A stretch of DNA of 63,277 nucleotides, filler included, from Sphacelaria rigidula (GCA_964200075.2; 10 parts of 10 records of this genome joined end to end with filler, not necessarily neighbours in it), one strand, 5' to 3'. Shown: positions 26,115-40,022, counted from the first letter of the whole stretch. The notes: a model not told the origin generated them from the letters alone. Program-made: numbers and translations.

Positions 26115-26970
26115 TTTTGAAAACAGTTACTACGGGGGTCGGATTATACCCGAAACCGTGATGCTTCGGTGATGTCGGGTGTTGGCGTCGTCTAATTTCC
26201 ATTAGTGATACGCACGAAAGACCCAGGGAGCCACGTGACGGTGTCCCCTATATATGTCGTAGAAAACCTCAGATCGCCCTCATACTTGGCAGTTCTAAAG
26301 ATATTGATGCTCCAAATAGGAATCATGTATTCTCGACAATATTTAAATATTTCTTTGTTCTCCACGGGCTTACGGGGGTCCCAGTATGAACACCCCGGGA
26401 AGGCGGTACAGAATGCCCTAAAATAAAAATAATAAAATGATGCATCCCGGGATAGTCCAAGGAACGCATGAACAAAGTGTGGTCGAGAACCTCGAGAACC
26501 TCATACAGTTTGTCTTGCCTTAACGTAAACTTCGCCCAAAAATACATTTCCACCCTAAAAACACGTAATTAGGAGTTGCACGTTTAAAGCCAACATTCTC
26601 CACAAACGCGCAAAACTTGCCGTTATTAGGAGTCAGACCCTGAAACTTTGCAAAAATATGCCATGTGTCATTACGCAACTCTCTGTCGACGATTTTTTTG
26701 CTTGTTGATTTTTTTACCGTTTTTCGGGGGTCCGACGGGGTCCAAGTCGTTTTTCAAAGTAGTCGCCGTTCTGGGACCCCGGAAACCTGGTGCCATGATG
26801 TTTTTTTTACATTTCTTCGTGAACGAGTAATCCTCACACAACCCAAGGAAGGGCCTCAAAACCTTCGTCAAAAAATTCGATCAACTGATGCTTGAATCTT
26901 CATGTCCACGTCAAAGAAGGCTCAAAAACGCCGTCTTCGTACAGAAATCAAGTAGTTTGCGGTTTCACCG

Positions 26971-27308
26971 CGGCACGGCAAAGTTCATCGCACAAGAGCG
27001 AAAAACCTCACGCCGTTTGAAGGAGTTGAACGCTGAAATTTTGCACAACTGTGCTGTGTATTATTACGCAGATTTTGATGAACGAGGATATTTTTACCGT
27101 TCGACGGGGGTCCGATTAGATCGATGTTTCCCCGTAAAAACTGGGACCCCCGAAAAACAGTGAAAAAACTATGAAAGTAAAAAAAAACTCAACACTCAAA
27201 ATGTGCGTAATGCCCCGTAGAATATCTGTGCAAAATTTCAGGGTCTAGCTCCTTAAAGCGGCGTGAGGTTTTGTCGATGAATGTTTTTTGGGTGATGAGC
27301 GTGAACCA
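26971..27308. mobile_element. Terminal part of a fold-back DNA transposon; inverted second copy at 31253-31591
   Basis: Internal inverted repeat tcacgccgtttgaaggagtt...aaattttgcaca. The end gggtgatgagcgtgaacc mirrors ggttcacgcgtatcaccc at 31253. Confidence 0.7.
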
Positions 27309-27622
27309 AATGTATAGTTAACTTTTCACGTGCTGTGATGACTTGATTGGTTTATTGATCATCTTGCATTAATTGATCCGCAACCTCTCTGCTCGTGGTC
27401 ATAAAATGGCCGGTACACAACTGAAAAACAGTAGCTAGAAAAAACTGGACGAAGAAAGAGACAAAAGCCAAGAGCGATACCATGAAAAAAAAAAAGTCGG
27501 GGCGCCAGCTGAAGGGTTTTTGTCTTGTTGGGGCCCGAAAAACCATGTGAAAAAAATCGTTTCACGATTTGCGTTCAGTGCTTCAAAGCTGCGGTGTGGC
27601 CCCCCGCAAAAATATCATGTAA

Positions 27623-28087
27623 AGCCGCTTCTTCTAGACTGAAAAAAAACATCTCTGAGAACTGCCCTTTCGAACCTTTCATCACAGATTATTGGCCGAA
27701 TACGGGCCTTGGCGGATTTGGCCTCCTCGGGAATATTTGCTGTATTTTTCAAGAGGATTCCAGCACGCTCGCTGGATCTTTCGTAATCCCAGTTTTACTT
27801 TTTACCGGAATCTGGTTTTTTTTTTCACCAGAAAAAAAATTCGAGCTGTCGGGGAAAAGACGTACCTTTTTCCGACAACTCGATGATTTTCGCAGCAGAA
27901 TCCGGTCAAGAGTTAAACTGCGAGTACGAAAGATCGGACAAGCGCGCTGGAATCCTCGTGAAAAATATAGCAAGTATTTCCGAGGAGGCCAAATCCGCCA
28001 AAGCCCGTATTCCGCCAATAATCCGTGATAAAAGGTTCAAAAGGGCAGTTCTCAGAGAGAATTTTTTTCAGTCTATAAGAAGCGGCC
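27623..28087. mobile_element. PIF/Harbinger (Tourist-like) MITE
   Basis: TAA|(a/g)gccgcttctt.tagactgaaaaaa ... ttttttcagtctataagaagcggcc|TAA; about 150-bp arms; related end at about 12394. Confidence 0.85.
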
Positions 28088-30721
28088 TAAGCCCGTCTAT
28101 CATGGAGATGGGATTTTTGCGTAAATTTTTCATGGTATGGGAATTTTTCAGGCGAAAAAATATCCGGTTGACAATATCGCATGGGTTGCCCTGCCCTGCC
28201 CCTGTGGAAAAACCCGATATTCGTAGCGCACAGTGCCGCGAAGTACAGTTCGGCGCGTCTCTTGTGGGGATGCGAATTTTCCAAAAATGAGATGAAAACA
28301 ATATCAAAAGACCGCACCTCGTGGAGCAGTTCTCGAAGAATAGTAATAATTAATAAATAAAATAAAAATGCAATCGAGTCAAACACTATATTGATATTTC
28401 CAAAATATCCCAGCGTGCGGGCGTAGTTTCTGGCCCCGTTTATTTCAGGAAAATCCCCACGAAATTTGTCCCGCAAGGAAGGAATATGGTAACATGTTTT
28501 TCTTTCATGAGTTCAACGTATCCCAGCTGCGAAATAAAATTGCATCTCCCCATGGTAGGAGATGGTCCCATCATTGGCGAAAAACAAGATTGTTAAAAGT
28601 TTTTTCCATGCTCTTGAGAATAATTTGGGCCATTCATGAAACATTTTGCTCGTGCCTGTACGGGAACATGAAGAGGGTCTTGCGTTGTAGCGTCATGTCT
28701 TATTTATTTTGTTAGACCAAAAAAAGAAGCAAGAAAAGGAAAAAACGTCCGCGACCAGCATGTCGACTGATGCCCGGGTGGGTCTATGGTTCTCCACGGT
28801 TGCGGCGACCAATCAACACGCTGCTTTTGGACCCTTGATCCATTCCCCCCTTCTTTTCTGGTTTCGATCAGACACGGCCTATTCATCACTTCAACAAGTC
28901 TCTCCCCCAGTTTCGAGAGGCGTTCATGTGTACCAGTAACCACCTCCAGCGGCATGCCCGATGCCTCTGGGAGGGGGGTAAGGGGAGGGGTACCCATGAT
29001 ATTACATGCTGTACTCACGTGACCATTGGCCTCGCACACTATAAAGCCGGGACGGAGCACACCGGGCTTTTCGCCGGACCAGGCTCGCTATCAGTTGTCC
29101 AGCGCGAAGCACCGTGATGTGTTCGGCGAGTTGCATGAAGGGTGAGCTGCGTCCTGTTAAGATTGTTCGGCCCGAAGCCTACTTATTATCTTGAACATGG
29201 ATGACAGCCTCGAATGATTTACGTAATTTTCTGGTATCGCCACTTCCAGAGACAGCCATGGGTTACAATGTCTCATGAGCGGGAAGGGGGAGACGGTGTA
29301 CTGTGTCGGCGGAACAGGTTGTACTCTACTGCACTGTTGTGCTGTCTGCGGAATTATCCACGAATGTTGCCTATACTCTACCCGTACAGTACAAGGATTC
29401 TGCGCGCTCCAGTCCAGTGCGGCCGTGGTTCAGTTCAGCGAGGCTACGTTTCACTCCCCCGTGTTTTTTTTGTTGCCTATGGATTCTAGATACCGGAGGA
29501 ACCAAAGTGGTCGCGACGCGTGGATCAAGTGATTCTTCCGACAATCCTTTGACCGCCAGAGGAATCGTCGGTCGACAGTGCATCACTTTCGCTTGAAAAA
29601 ATTAATACGAGGCCCAACTGACCCGCCCTGATGGTCAATAGGTGAAGACGTCAATGGGTCAAGACATGACCTAATCAGACCGACTTTTATGGGAACCAAT
29701 CTATATTTGTGCGAATATGAGGATTTGAGGCCGTCTACAGGCGTTGTTCTCCCGTGGATTGGTTTTAAAAAAATCGGGGGAAAGATGGGCGAGTGTCCCG
29801 ATATGAGGAGAAAGGTGAAATACCACAAGTAATCATCCAGGGAATCGGCGAATTTTCTCACAGCTAGCCGAAAAATATTTCCCAGCGGACTGGGGTCCGA
29901 AAAATCAACCCAATCCACGGGAGAAACTCGCCTTTGGACGGGCTGAAATCCTCAAATTCGTAGTATCATACCACATATTGGTTTCCATAAAATTCGGTCT
30001 AAAATGATCCCCACAGATCTGACTTTCGCAAATATGAGTTCCCCCGATTTTGCACAGATTGGGGTCTCCACAGAATCGAGATTCGTTCCCATAGAAGTCG
30101 GTTCAAGGGCGTGTCTGAGCAAATGAATTTTAGATGGAAAAGACCCGGCGGAAAAGCGAAATTCCGATCTAATAGATAGGGATAGGTCTTCACTCATGAT
30201 AACATGACGACCTACCAGATCGACTTTTTATTTTCTACCGCAAGTTTTCGATTTTTTAAAACTCTACAACACGGCCTAAGACCGAAGGTCGTGTTTTATC
30301 GAGGCGAGGCAAAAAAAAAAGAGGGAGGGGGAGGGGGGGAGAGAGGTGGAGTAAGGCAGCTTGCCTACCCACAAGGACTCCGCACGGGTCCCAACGACGA
30401 AGCACGAAACGGATTTTCTTGAAAGAGAGGCGATCCTTCCGGTCCTGGATGCAGTCGGAAGCAGGTCTGAAAATCTCAACGGGCGTGACTGAAACACGTG
30501 ACTGAAACACGTTTCACCTACAGGCAACCGAGCTCGAGCAAACACCACACGGACACCAACGGCATGAGCGCAGCACGCCCAGCCCAGCGCCAGCTCTTGC
30601 TCATCTATACTCAGAGTTGTTTGTTTCACGGCAATCCGTTCGGACCTGGAAGTAAGGGCCGGCCGTGTGTATGCCAGAAAATATGCCTAGTTAGAGCCAT
30701 TGACAATTTATTGGTGAGTTA

Positions 30722-31010
30722 GCCGCCGCGCCCCGGTGGTGTAATGGTCCGACTTTCGCCAGGTGGAGGAAACGAGGGTTCGATTCCCGATGTGTTGGGT
30801 TTTGTCTTCGTGGTGCCTGATTTCCCCGTGAAAAGCGTGAGAACGTGAGTACACAGAGTGGTCAACTGAGTTTGTTTGACGTGAGTTGACGCGGTGTGGG
30901 AGTGCTGATAGTCATGACCCAATCCGCGAGACCAAAATGCAAGGTTTGTCCCGGGGTGAAATGAGACCACGAACTCCTCCCGAGGACGGGCAGGGGTTAA
31001 ACGTGCGACA
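30722..31010 (+). mobile_element. tRNA-derived SINE, full length (second family)
   Basis: A box TGGTGTAATGG, B box GGTTCGATTCC, about 290-bp body and a simple-repeat tail. Homologues at 46002, about 54315 and 62030. Confidence 0.85.
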
Positions 31011-31245
31011 AAAATAAAATAAGATAAAATAAGATGAGATGAGATGAGATGAGATGAGATAAGATAAGATAAGATAACATAAGATAAGATAAGATAAGAT
31101 AACATAAGATAAGATAACATAACATAAGATAACATAACATAAGATAAGATAACATAAGATAAGATAAGATAAGATAAGATAACATAAGATAAGATAACAT
31201 AAGATAAGATGAGATAAGATAAAATGAGATAAAATAAACTAAAAT
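31011..31245 (+). repeat. (AAGAT/AACAT/GAGAT)n pentanucleotide tail
   Basis: Direct observation immediately 3' of the SINE. Confidence 0.95.
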
Positions 31246-34200
31246 ACAGGCTGGTTCACGCGTATCACCCAAAAAACACTCATCGGCAAAACTTCACGCC
31301 GTTTGAAGGAGTTAGACCCTGAAATTGCACGAATGTTCTATGGGTCATTACGCAACTTTGAAGGAACGGGCGACTTTTTGACTTTTTTCACCGTTTTTCG
31401 GGGGTCCCAGTTTTGGGGGAAACCTCGACTCAATCTGACTCCCGTAAAACGGTAACAAAAGAAAAAACGAAAAACCCCGTTCCTGCAAAGTTGCGCCATG
31501 TCGCAAAGCACAGTTGTGCAAAATTTCAGGGTCTAACTCCTTCAAACGGCGTGAAGTTTTTGGCCTTTGTGCGATGAAGTTTGCCGTACCGNNNNNNNNN
31601 NNNNNNNNNNNNNNNNNNNNNNNNNNNNNNNNNNNTTAATTAATTAANNNNNNNNNNNNNNNNNNNNNNNNNNNNNNNNNNNNNNNNNNNNGCTAAGATT
31701 ATTTGGCCCGAAGCATACTAATCATCTTACATTCGGATGACAGCCTACAATGAGTTGCTTTATTTTCTCGTACCGCCACTTCGAGAAACAGCCACGGCTT
31801 ATACACTGCCTCATGCGTGTCTCACCATTTGAACACTGCGTAGTACGATCATCCCCATTGTGCAAAGTTGGGGTTCTCCGACGCCGCACAACATGATCTA
31901 GCTCCACTACCATCATGGTTACCGCAAGACAAAAAACGCAAGCGCGCGCAAAAAAACAGCAACCTGGCTCCCTAGCTTACGCAGTGAGTGGCGTGTTCTC
32001 CAGCATCATCGCCAACCGACGCCAACCCCATCGGGGCTCCGCCCCTACAAAGCCGGGACGGAGCACCCCGGGTTCTCGCCGGACCAGTCTAGAATAGTTC
32101 GGGCGTGCGGGGTAATGATTGCAAGTCTTTGTTTTGCTGCGGAACTACTGAGATCTTCCGTCTTGCAGTACCTACCGCGCGAGGGTTCATCCATCTCGTA
32201 TATTTTATGCAAATAATAACCAGCCAGAATTCACGAAGGAACGAGAAAAAAAACTGAAGTCGCTCTTACAGCGTTCGCATTGCCCCTTCACAAACACACA
32301 CAAAGCACAACACACATTGGATCAACTCGATGCACAGACGACCACGACTAACCCCCTGTATTTCCCAGCGAACAGTATCCAACGAACCGGATCCTTCCAG
32401 CCCTTTGGCCGGCAAGGACGGGTCATCCCTTCAACTGGCATAATTTTCGCTCAAAAATAACTACATGATCCAAATTACCCGCCGTGTTGCTTAGAGAACG
32501 GGTCAACACCACGTTTGCAAAGTTTCTAGGATCTTCAACACTATCACCCCGGCGACGTCCCTCGGGGTAATATCGGGGTAATACCAACTAAGAAACGCTC
32601 CGCATTGAAATAGACAGATCATACTGGACACTTCACAGGTTGGTGCACGGCACAATGCACAAGGAAACACACCACGGTACAGTGCAGGTGGCAGAGCGAC
32701 CTCTACCTTCCTTCTAATCCCCCCTCGGGCGCTGAACTTCATTTCGACAATAACAGCGGCTGACCCTGAAACGTCGGTAACAACCTCCCGGCGCTATAAC
32801 CGAGTAGCTCCTCCTTGTTTGCGAGTACCAGTCCCAATGACAACATACCGTGCAGCACCCCGCCATATTCCAGTGGTGTTGGAAATGCGCGAAGCTTTGG
32901 TTCTCGATCTAAACAAAAAGGCTGCAACACGATCAATACTGTCCTGTACTGCACCCGAGACGCGTTCAGCTTTTCCCCCATGAAAATGCTGCAACATGAC
33001 GAATACTGTACTACTGTACTACATCCAAGACGCTTCTAGCTTTTCCCGAAAAAAAAACTGGACCATGATCAATACGGTACTTTATGCCCCCCGCCCCCCC
33101 CCCCCGAAAGTATACGAAACTGTTCAGGGGATGCGAGGAGGTTCAGGTAAGCGCGTAGGGTTTAGTGTTCCAAGTGTAGGGTTTGATACCGAAGCGGTAG
33201 GTCGGCAGATACAGTACGAGAGAGGTACTTAGTACCGACAGTTTTCTGATAGACTGATCCTTTCGATCCCAAGGCGGCAATTCTGTCTGATAAAACACCT
33301 TCCTCTGTACCAACCCCCCTTTTACAGGATAAGCGGTACGTGCGGTGCGAAAGTACTGAAACGAACCAGGGTCATGATCCAACCACAGTGTCGGGGGAGG
33401 GGTTAGTGAAGTCACCCCCCGCCCTCTCCCCAACCGAAGATATAACACCGTACGGCAATATACTCAGGGAGTTCACACGACCGGAAAGCTCTGGTATTGC
33501 TTCACGTGTGCCAACAGCATGTGCAAACCCACGGCATCGTATGCGGCCTTCGCCAGACGAAACCCGTCTCCGTATACCTGTCAGATATGAAGAGATTGGG
33601 GAGGGGTCGGGGGAGGGAGGGGAGGGGGTCAATTATGTAGTCAAGGTCAATTCCCTTCTTCAGATGAAATTCTGTCCATGGGGACAAATTTGTGAAACCA
33701 AACCTGACGCTTTTCGACAGAGCCCTGCGACATGTGTTGTTTCTTTTTGGGGGGGACCGGTAATAGCTAGATACCAGGCAAGCATTTGCTTTCCCCTCCT
33801 CCTTCATTGCTTGCTCTATTTTCTCCTTCTTACTTATTGCCTTCCTTCCTTCCATCTCTTTCATCTTCCATATTTCTCTCTTTCTAGAGGGTCCTCTCGA
33901 ACGCTTTTCCGAAATACAAACCTTTGAGGTATGTGTACGTTTGTCCATCCAACGACTTACCACTACTGGACTCACGATGGATAAGTTAACGTGCGACCAT
34001 CAATTAATCACTCAATTAAATATTCCATCAATCCATGGTCAGAAAATATAGCACCGAGGGGTAGTATTTAAGGTAAATAGTAGGGGGCGGGGGGCGTAAT
34101 CATGACCTTGCATGCCGTAGTCATATCATCATTGACCTCGCATCCATACAAAGCCGGGACGGAGCACGCCAGGTTTTCGCTGGACTGCGCTCGTAATTAA

Positions 34201-34529
34201 TCATCAGGCACGAAGCGCCGTGATGTGTTCGGCGAGTCGCATGAAGGGTAAGCTGCCTCCTGCTAAAAATGTTCGGCCCCAAGCGTAAATTTCAAGTATG
34301 TTGCATTTGGACGATGGCCTCGAATGAGTTGCTTCATTTTCTGGTATCGCCACTTCCAGAGACAGCCGTGGGACTCACACTGCCTCATCGGCGTCTCACT
34401 GTTCAGATACTATGTAGTACGATCATCCCCTTTGCGCGGAGGGGAGGGGGGTTACAGAATGACAATATATATATATATATATATATCGGGGGGTGCTCAT
34501 ACGAGTAAACTACATCTATGACAAAAATC

Positions 34530-34788
34530 CAGGGTTGTGTTCTACAATCTCTACAATGAATCTCTACAATATAGGGTATACCCGAAAGTGGGGGAGTTTT
34601 GGGTGGCATACTAAACCATACCAAAATGTGTACCAAACAATCCGGTACGGTTCGGCAAGGTGTCGAGCCCTGTTCCGAACACTCTTGTATGGCTCGAGAG
34701 GTCATTTACTGACAAAATACCTCTTGGATACCAATGATATCTAAATACCCCGAATTCCAGTAGATATACCCTACAGAACACGACCTTG
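34530..34788. mobile_element. hAT MITE with 8-bp TSD
   Basis: CAAAAATC|cagggttgtgttct ... agaacacgaccttg|CAAAAATC. Confidence 0.9.
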
Positions 34789-35902
34789 CAAAAATCGACA
34801 CGTTTCCGTCTCGTCCACCACCAGTATGAGACATCAGCCCGCCGGTCAACCGCACCGTTACCTATATGCCCTCGTGAAATCCTAGGTGGATACAACATTT
34901 GCTTGTGCCGACTGATCATGAGTGGTGCGCTGGGCGGTACTGTTCTTCAGCGTGTCAGTCAAGGCCGAGAGATCAAACACCACCCTCGCCAGTACGGTAA
35001 TAGATACAGACCACGGTCAAGTCTTCCTTGCTTCCGTGGACACAGAGACCTTCAACACGGATTGTGCGGGGTGAGAACAACACCCTGTGTTTGCTATTTG
35101 TGTGTGTTTTCTTGTTTTTTTCTACCCGAGATATTTATTTTAAAAAAAAAATAATGTTGTTATTTGCGCTTTTTTTCGATATTTCAATTTTTCAGTATTT
35201 TTACTGTTTTTGGCTTTCATATTTTTTGCATATTTGAACGTATAAATGTTTGTGTGCCTTGTCTGTATGTATGTTCGTCTTTCTGTTTGTTTCAGTCTTC
35301 CCTGTTTGTCTGCTTCACCTTCCTGCTTTCTTCATTTTTCTCTAGAGAGTATTTCCATTTTGTTCACCTTGGGTACGTCTAATCTTGTGGATAATGACCA
35401 CGACTGGGCCCCCTCGGAGATCAGTTTATACGGAACAATTAGTCAATCAGAAATTTCACACGTCGGACAACTCATTAGCTACCTGAATATTACTTCTTAT
35501 TAGTGTGCTGATCCGGACCATGAGCTCGCTCATTTGGCCCCCTTTTTCCACATGTACTTCCCACAGCGCTGGACGCTGATCAAGAAAGTAACGCAAGAGG
35601 TGGCGCTTCGGCTTCGCGTACCCTGCTGTCACGTACTTGTGTTCTTGGACTAGGGATCTAACAGTCCTCTTCGATTGGTTATTTTCGGCAGCTCATGAGC
35701 TGTCCGGCATGTGAATAATTTACACTTGAGTATTTCTTCGGCATTTATGCCTTCTTTTGTTTTTCCTTCACATGGACAAAAGTTGCACAACATTCATACA
35801 GAGGTAAGGACTGTTGTAGCTCAAACATGAATTTTTCGAACAACGTTTCGGGGCCAACTCTCAGTGAGTCACGTCACGCCACATCACGCCACGTCACGCT
35901 TA

Positions 35903-37024
35903 GAGATCATCCAAACTTTTCACACGTCGGACGGATCACTTTTTTCTAGGACGCAGGCCACGCCGCTCAAGTTTGAACACACCTGTGTACCCGATTCGGA
36001 TGATACAGTGCAACTAGTTATGGAACGATCCTCGTGATCCGGATATCATCGATCCGGAGGGAGGTATCTTGTACGGGTTATGAGGACACACAAGTTCTTC
36101 TTGACGTTTCGTGTACACCTGATTCGGATTACATAGGTGTGCCCAAGGACATCATATACGGATATACAGGTCATACTAATCACTCGTGGTAGGTTTGTAC
36201 GGATACTCGGGTCATACAGATCATCTTCAGACATATATGTACGAATCACACGGGTCATAAAAGATCAGTCATGACGTCATGCATGTGTGCAGCGCCAATA
36301 AATACATGTACTTCATGTAGCTGCTACAGTCAACAGTCAACACACGGACTTGAGAACATGCACATTGAACCAGGGCCATATGGGTCAGCAGGTGAGGAAT
36401 ACTGAATATTTTTTATTGTATCCTTCGTTCGGATGCGCCGAGAGTGCACATCTTCGGAAAAAATATGCACCCCACCGTGGAACCACTCGGAATAAAAATA
36501 CACGTACTTCATGTTCCATGTGCCCGGGTTGCTACAGCCCACGTCCGGACTTGTGAGCATGCACTGCAACCGTGCCATACAGGGTAACAGGTGAGGGAGC
36601 TGAGTACTTTTTTCTTGCATACTTGATCCGGATCTTACGGGTGCGGGAAAGTGTTTCTCGTATACTAGATTCGGATTCCACAGGTAGGGGGTAACTCTTG
36701 GTGTACGTGAGGTTCAAATCGCGCGGGTCGACGACAAGCTGCTGTGCTTGCCTGACCCGAGTGATATAAATCACAACTATGTGATGTTGTACAGATGGCA
36801 CAGTTCTTTAGATCAGTTGTACACGAAAGTGTGGATGTGTGAAGCGGATCGTACAGCTCGTTGCTCGGCAAATATGGACGGGTCAAGTGGGTCCTACGGA
36901 TCCGCATCGGACAAACGTGCACAGGCGACAGCACACCTCGAACGGATCATGATCTATGCCCCGAATAAGCTGACCCGGATCTGTCACGAGCTGATCCGTC
37001 CGACGTGCGAAACTTCTCCATCTC
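35903..37024. mobile_element. About 1.1-kb non-autonomous TIR element with GAGAT termini and GTACGGAT/GATC-rich interior
   Basis: gagat...tttcacacgtcggacggatca and tgatccgtccgacgtgcgaaa...atctc. Homologous fragment at about 40620-40985. Confidence 0.6.
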
Positions 37025-37184
37025 TGGATAATAATTCTAGACCATAATAACAAATATTCCTGGAAAGAGATTATGTAGCCACAGGCAAAGGAAAGCAAGC
37101 CCTATGATGGACCCGGGGACCTTCCACAGCACTTAGAGAGATGGGTTAATCCCTCCAGACCACGGACTCGCTCCGACAAGCGTA

Positions 37185-37742
37185 CAGTAGTGGGCGGTCT
37201 AACTATTCAGCGGGGTTTTGGTTTTCTTGGGGTTTTCCTCGTGTACTACTCTTCGATAGAACTCAAAATTTCTAGCGTCGGTAGATTTTTGCACAATAAA
37301 CAGATTATCCTAAAAACACAGTGCCCAAGTCAGTACCGGTTGGTGTTATCGGGTGAAACGAGTAAATACCCCGTTCATCAGGAGGGTGTTATTGACCATG
37401 GAAAACAGTTTTTCGGCTCTAGTGCAATGAGTGGACAGAGTTAAAAAAAGTAAAAATATACATTTTTTTAGAAATATGATCGGGACAGGCTCGATCGACT
37501 GAAAATACCGAAGAGTAAGAGTCTGGGCTGAAACGTCGCAGGACCCCCGATGACCGGTCACCCCGTGAGTCGCTCAATTTTGAGTACAGATGATTTTTTT
37601 TCTTGGAGTGTGGAGCGGATACAAATATCTTCAGATCCCCAATGTGATAAAGCGGCGGCAAGCAGAAAGAGCCCAAAGAAATCGGCAATTGCGAAGAAAT
37701 CACAAAATGCCTCAAAATGAATAGTTACAGCGCCCACTACTG
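37185..37742. mobile_element. Tc1/mariner-type MITE
   Basis: TA|cagtagtgggcggtctaactattca ... tgaatagttacagcgcccactactg|TA. Confidence 0.9.
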
Positions 37743-38529
37743 TAGTGGCGGGAAAAGGGGAGGGAGGTGTTCTCATGATATGTCGTAGTCATGAGATCGT
37801 CGGCCGCGCATCCCTACAAAGCTGGAAGGAGGAATCCCGGGTTCTCGCCGGACCAGAAGAGAGGAGAGGGGAGGGGGGTGTACTCATGATCATGCATGTC
37901 ATAGTCATCAGACCATTGACCTCGCATCCNNNNNNNNNNNNNNNNNNNNNNNNNNNNNNNNNNNNNNNNNNNNTTAATTAATTAANNNNNNNNNNNNNNN
38001 NNNNNNNNNNNNNNNNNNNNNNNNNNNNNGTCCCGGCTTTGTAGGGATGCGAGGTCAATGGTCGTATGACTATGGCATGCATGATCATGAGTACACCCCC
38101 AGGGATTCAACCGGGATCACATGATGGGCGTACCTAAGACATTACAAAACACTCGCCGAAGGAAAAAAAGGAACATAACAAGTCAAACAAAACTACATAT
38201 TAGACTAAGACGCAAAAAACAAGGAGGAATGGAACAAGAATCCCTTTTTGAATGCGGCTGTTCGTTGCTTTCTCATATTTTTCGAGGCATAGGTGCTGCA
38301 TGTCCGTCGGGGAACCATCGCACAATTCAACCCTTTGAGCATCAGGGTGGGTCATCAGTTGAACCGGCATCACTTACACGTCAAGTGTACGACCCGGGAG
38401 ACCCACCCTCGCGGTGAAAGGCCCACGTAGGTGTGAGACGTCTACACTCAATGCAGGTGAAGGCTCTCTTGCGACAATTTGCACGAACATCTTGAAGAGC
38501 GGACTTCGGTGACTCCCTACCATACGCTC

Positions 38530-40022
38530 ACCATGACCACAGCAGGTGCCAAGGTGGTCTATCGGCGTAAAGTCCTCTAGAAATCACCCGACTGAGGTTC
38601 TCCTTTTGTGAATCTTATGCAAAGCTTATACAACTTTTATTCCAGTGCACCCCTGATTCACACAGCAAAAACATAGATGCATGCCCAACCGACGACAAGA
38701 CCACAGGGATACATGAGCGCTGATGGTATATACGGCCACCCCGATAGGCCCGCACACCCTCGAAGGATTGCCGAAGTGGTGAGACTTTATTCAATATATA
38801 CTGCACCAGTGATGGGAAATGGAAACCGGCAACGTGGCTCAATCTTGGTCTCAAGCCTTTACAGTCGTTGGCAATGGCGTCAATATCGACACAATATTCA
38901 ATATTTGTCGGTTGTTGGCTTCGAAGAGGATAGAACAACAGTCACTTGCACCCGGGTTTCGAACTAAAGTTGACTCACGTGATAAAAGTCAACTACTGGA
39001 TTCGAAGCAACGGTGTACTGTACCATTTTCAGAGGAACGAACATGAGTTGACTGTGGGCCAAATAAATTCCAGTGACTTCGAAACTTGTTCCTTCCGGAA
39101 CGGGAGATCGCCAGAGGCTGGACGTAACATGGAGACCATTGCGACACCTCTGTTTTAAAGGGGCAGGAAAATATCAGGTCGCCTAAAGATTATGCATATG
39201 CACTAGCTCACATCTACAGCTGATAACGTAGCTGGAAAGTTCGGAGTGCTCTTCACCTTTTTCTTGGCCAATCTGGCAAGCCTGTTCACGTTCGCTCCCC
39301 CGACAGGATAGGTATGTAATACGGAAAGTTAGATACAATACCTCTCACTTGAAAGCAGTGCCTCTTTTTCTTCATCTTGAGTAAGCGTTGGCCTCATGTA
39401 TTTCGAAAATGTGTGCGTCATGAACGGATTGGGTAGCGGAAAAGGAAACAAGGATGGATGACTCGTCCAACTAAACGGTACTGCATCGCTGACTGAAAGG
39501 AAAACAGTGTATGAATAAAGCACCAGGAGTGAAATGCAGGGAACATTGTACCAGGGCGGGGTCGACGGAGCCAGTGCATTGCGATATAGCATTGAATAGC
39601 CCCTCTCCTTCCCCTACCGCACGCCCGACTCTATGGTGATGACAGGAATTCATAACGCTACCTGGAGCTGGTCACTGCCCGATGGACGAGGCACCGCACC
39701 TCGTAAACCCTGTGATCATTAACTTCGTCGAGAAACACGCGGCACGATAAGAGTGAAGATGGATGGCCACATCATGCAGCAGGTTCTTGGAGACATCGGA
39801 ACAGTTTCCGTCTTTGATGTTCATGACTATCTTCTGACCGACAGTTTATTTTGTCAGTATCGAAACACTCGTACTGTTGGCGAAGGAGGTGGAGTATCAC
39901 GTCAAGATATGTGTAGGTATGAACACGCCGGAGGGGACACGTAAGCTGGTCAGGCGCGGTAGGAGGAGGTCTCTGCATCTTGGAAACAAGACAGTTGTAT
40001 AAACAGGCGATGGACCTTCTGC
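38530..40022 (-). pseudogene. Decayed multi-exon gene of unknown function with very short introns
   Basis: Predicted exons 40022-39941, 39873-39771, 39709-39552, 39488-39342, 39281-39212, 39149-39024, 38944-38807 and 38652-about 38530. All GT-AG and phase-compatible; six in-frame stops, each explainable by one transition. Confidence 0.6.

Noticed and set aside
30730..30795. tRNA gene (also 1-66 and 62030-62100)
   Set aside because: A and B boxes are present, but there is no complete cloverleaf and each continues into a shared SINE body or matches a SINE head.
30719..31272. ORFs with LSYLI repeats, and poly-Pro/Gly ORFs at 6292, 44311 and 56985
   Set aside because: These are translations of microsatellites, homopolymers and N spacers.
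26971..31591. One 4.6-kb transposon bounded by inverted copies
   Set aside because: The apparent termini (..GTGAACC at 27308 and GGTTCAC.. at 31253) face the interval, consistent with two independent elements extending outward.
33640..33705. Hammerhead-ribozyme-like CAGATGA-stem-GAAAC
   Set aside because: The core is mutated (CAGA rather than CUGA) and no credible stem I can be formed.
39552..39653. OTU-protease-like motif AVGEGEGLFNAIS on the minus strand
   Set aside because: It lacks the catalytic Asp/Cys (GDGNC) and lies in a different frame from the phase-consistent exon chain.
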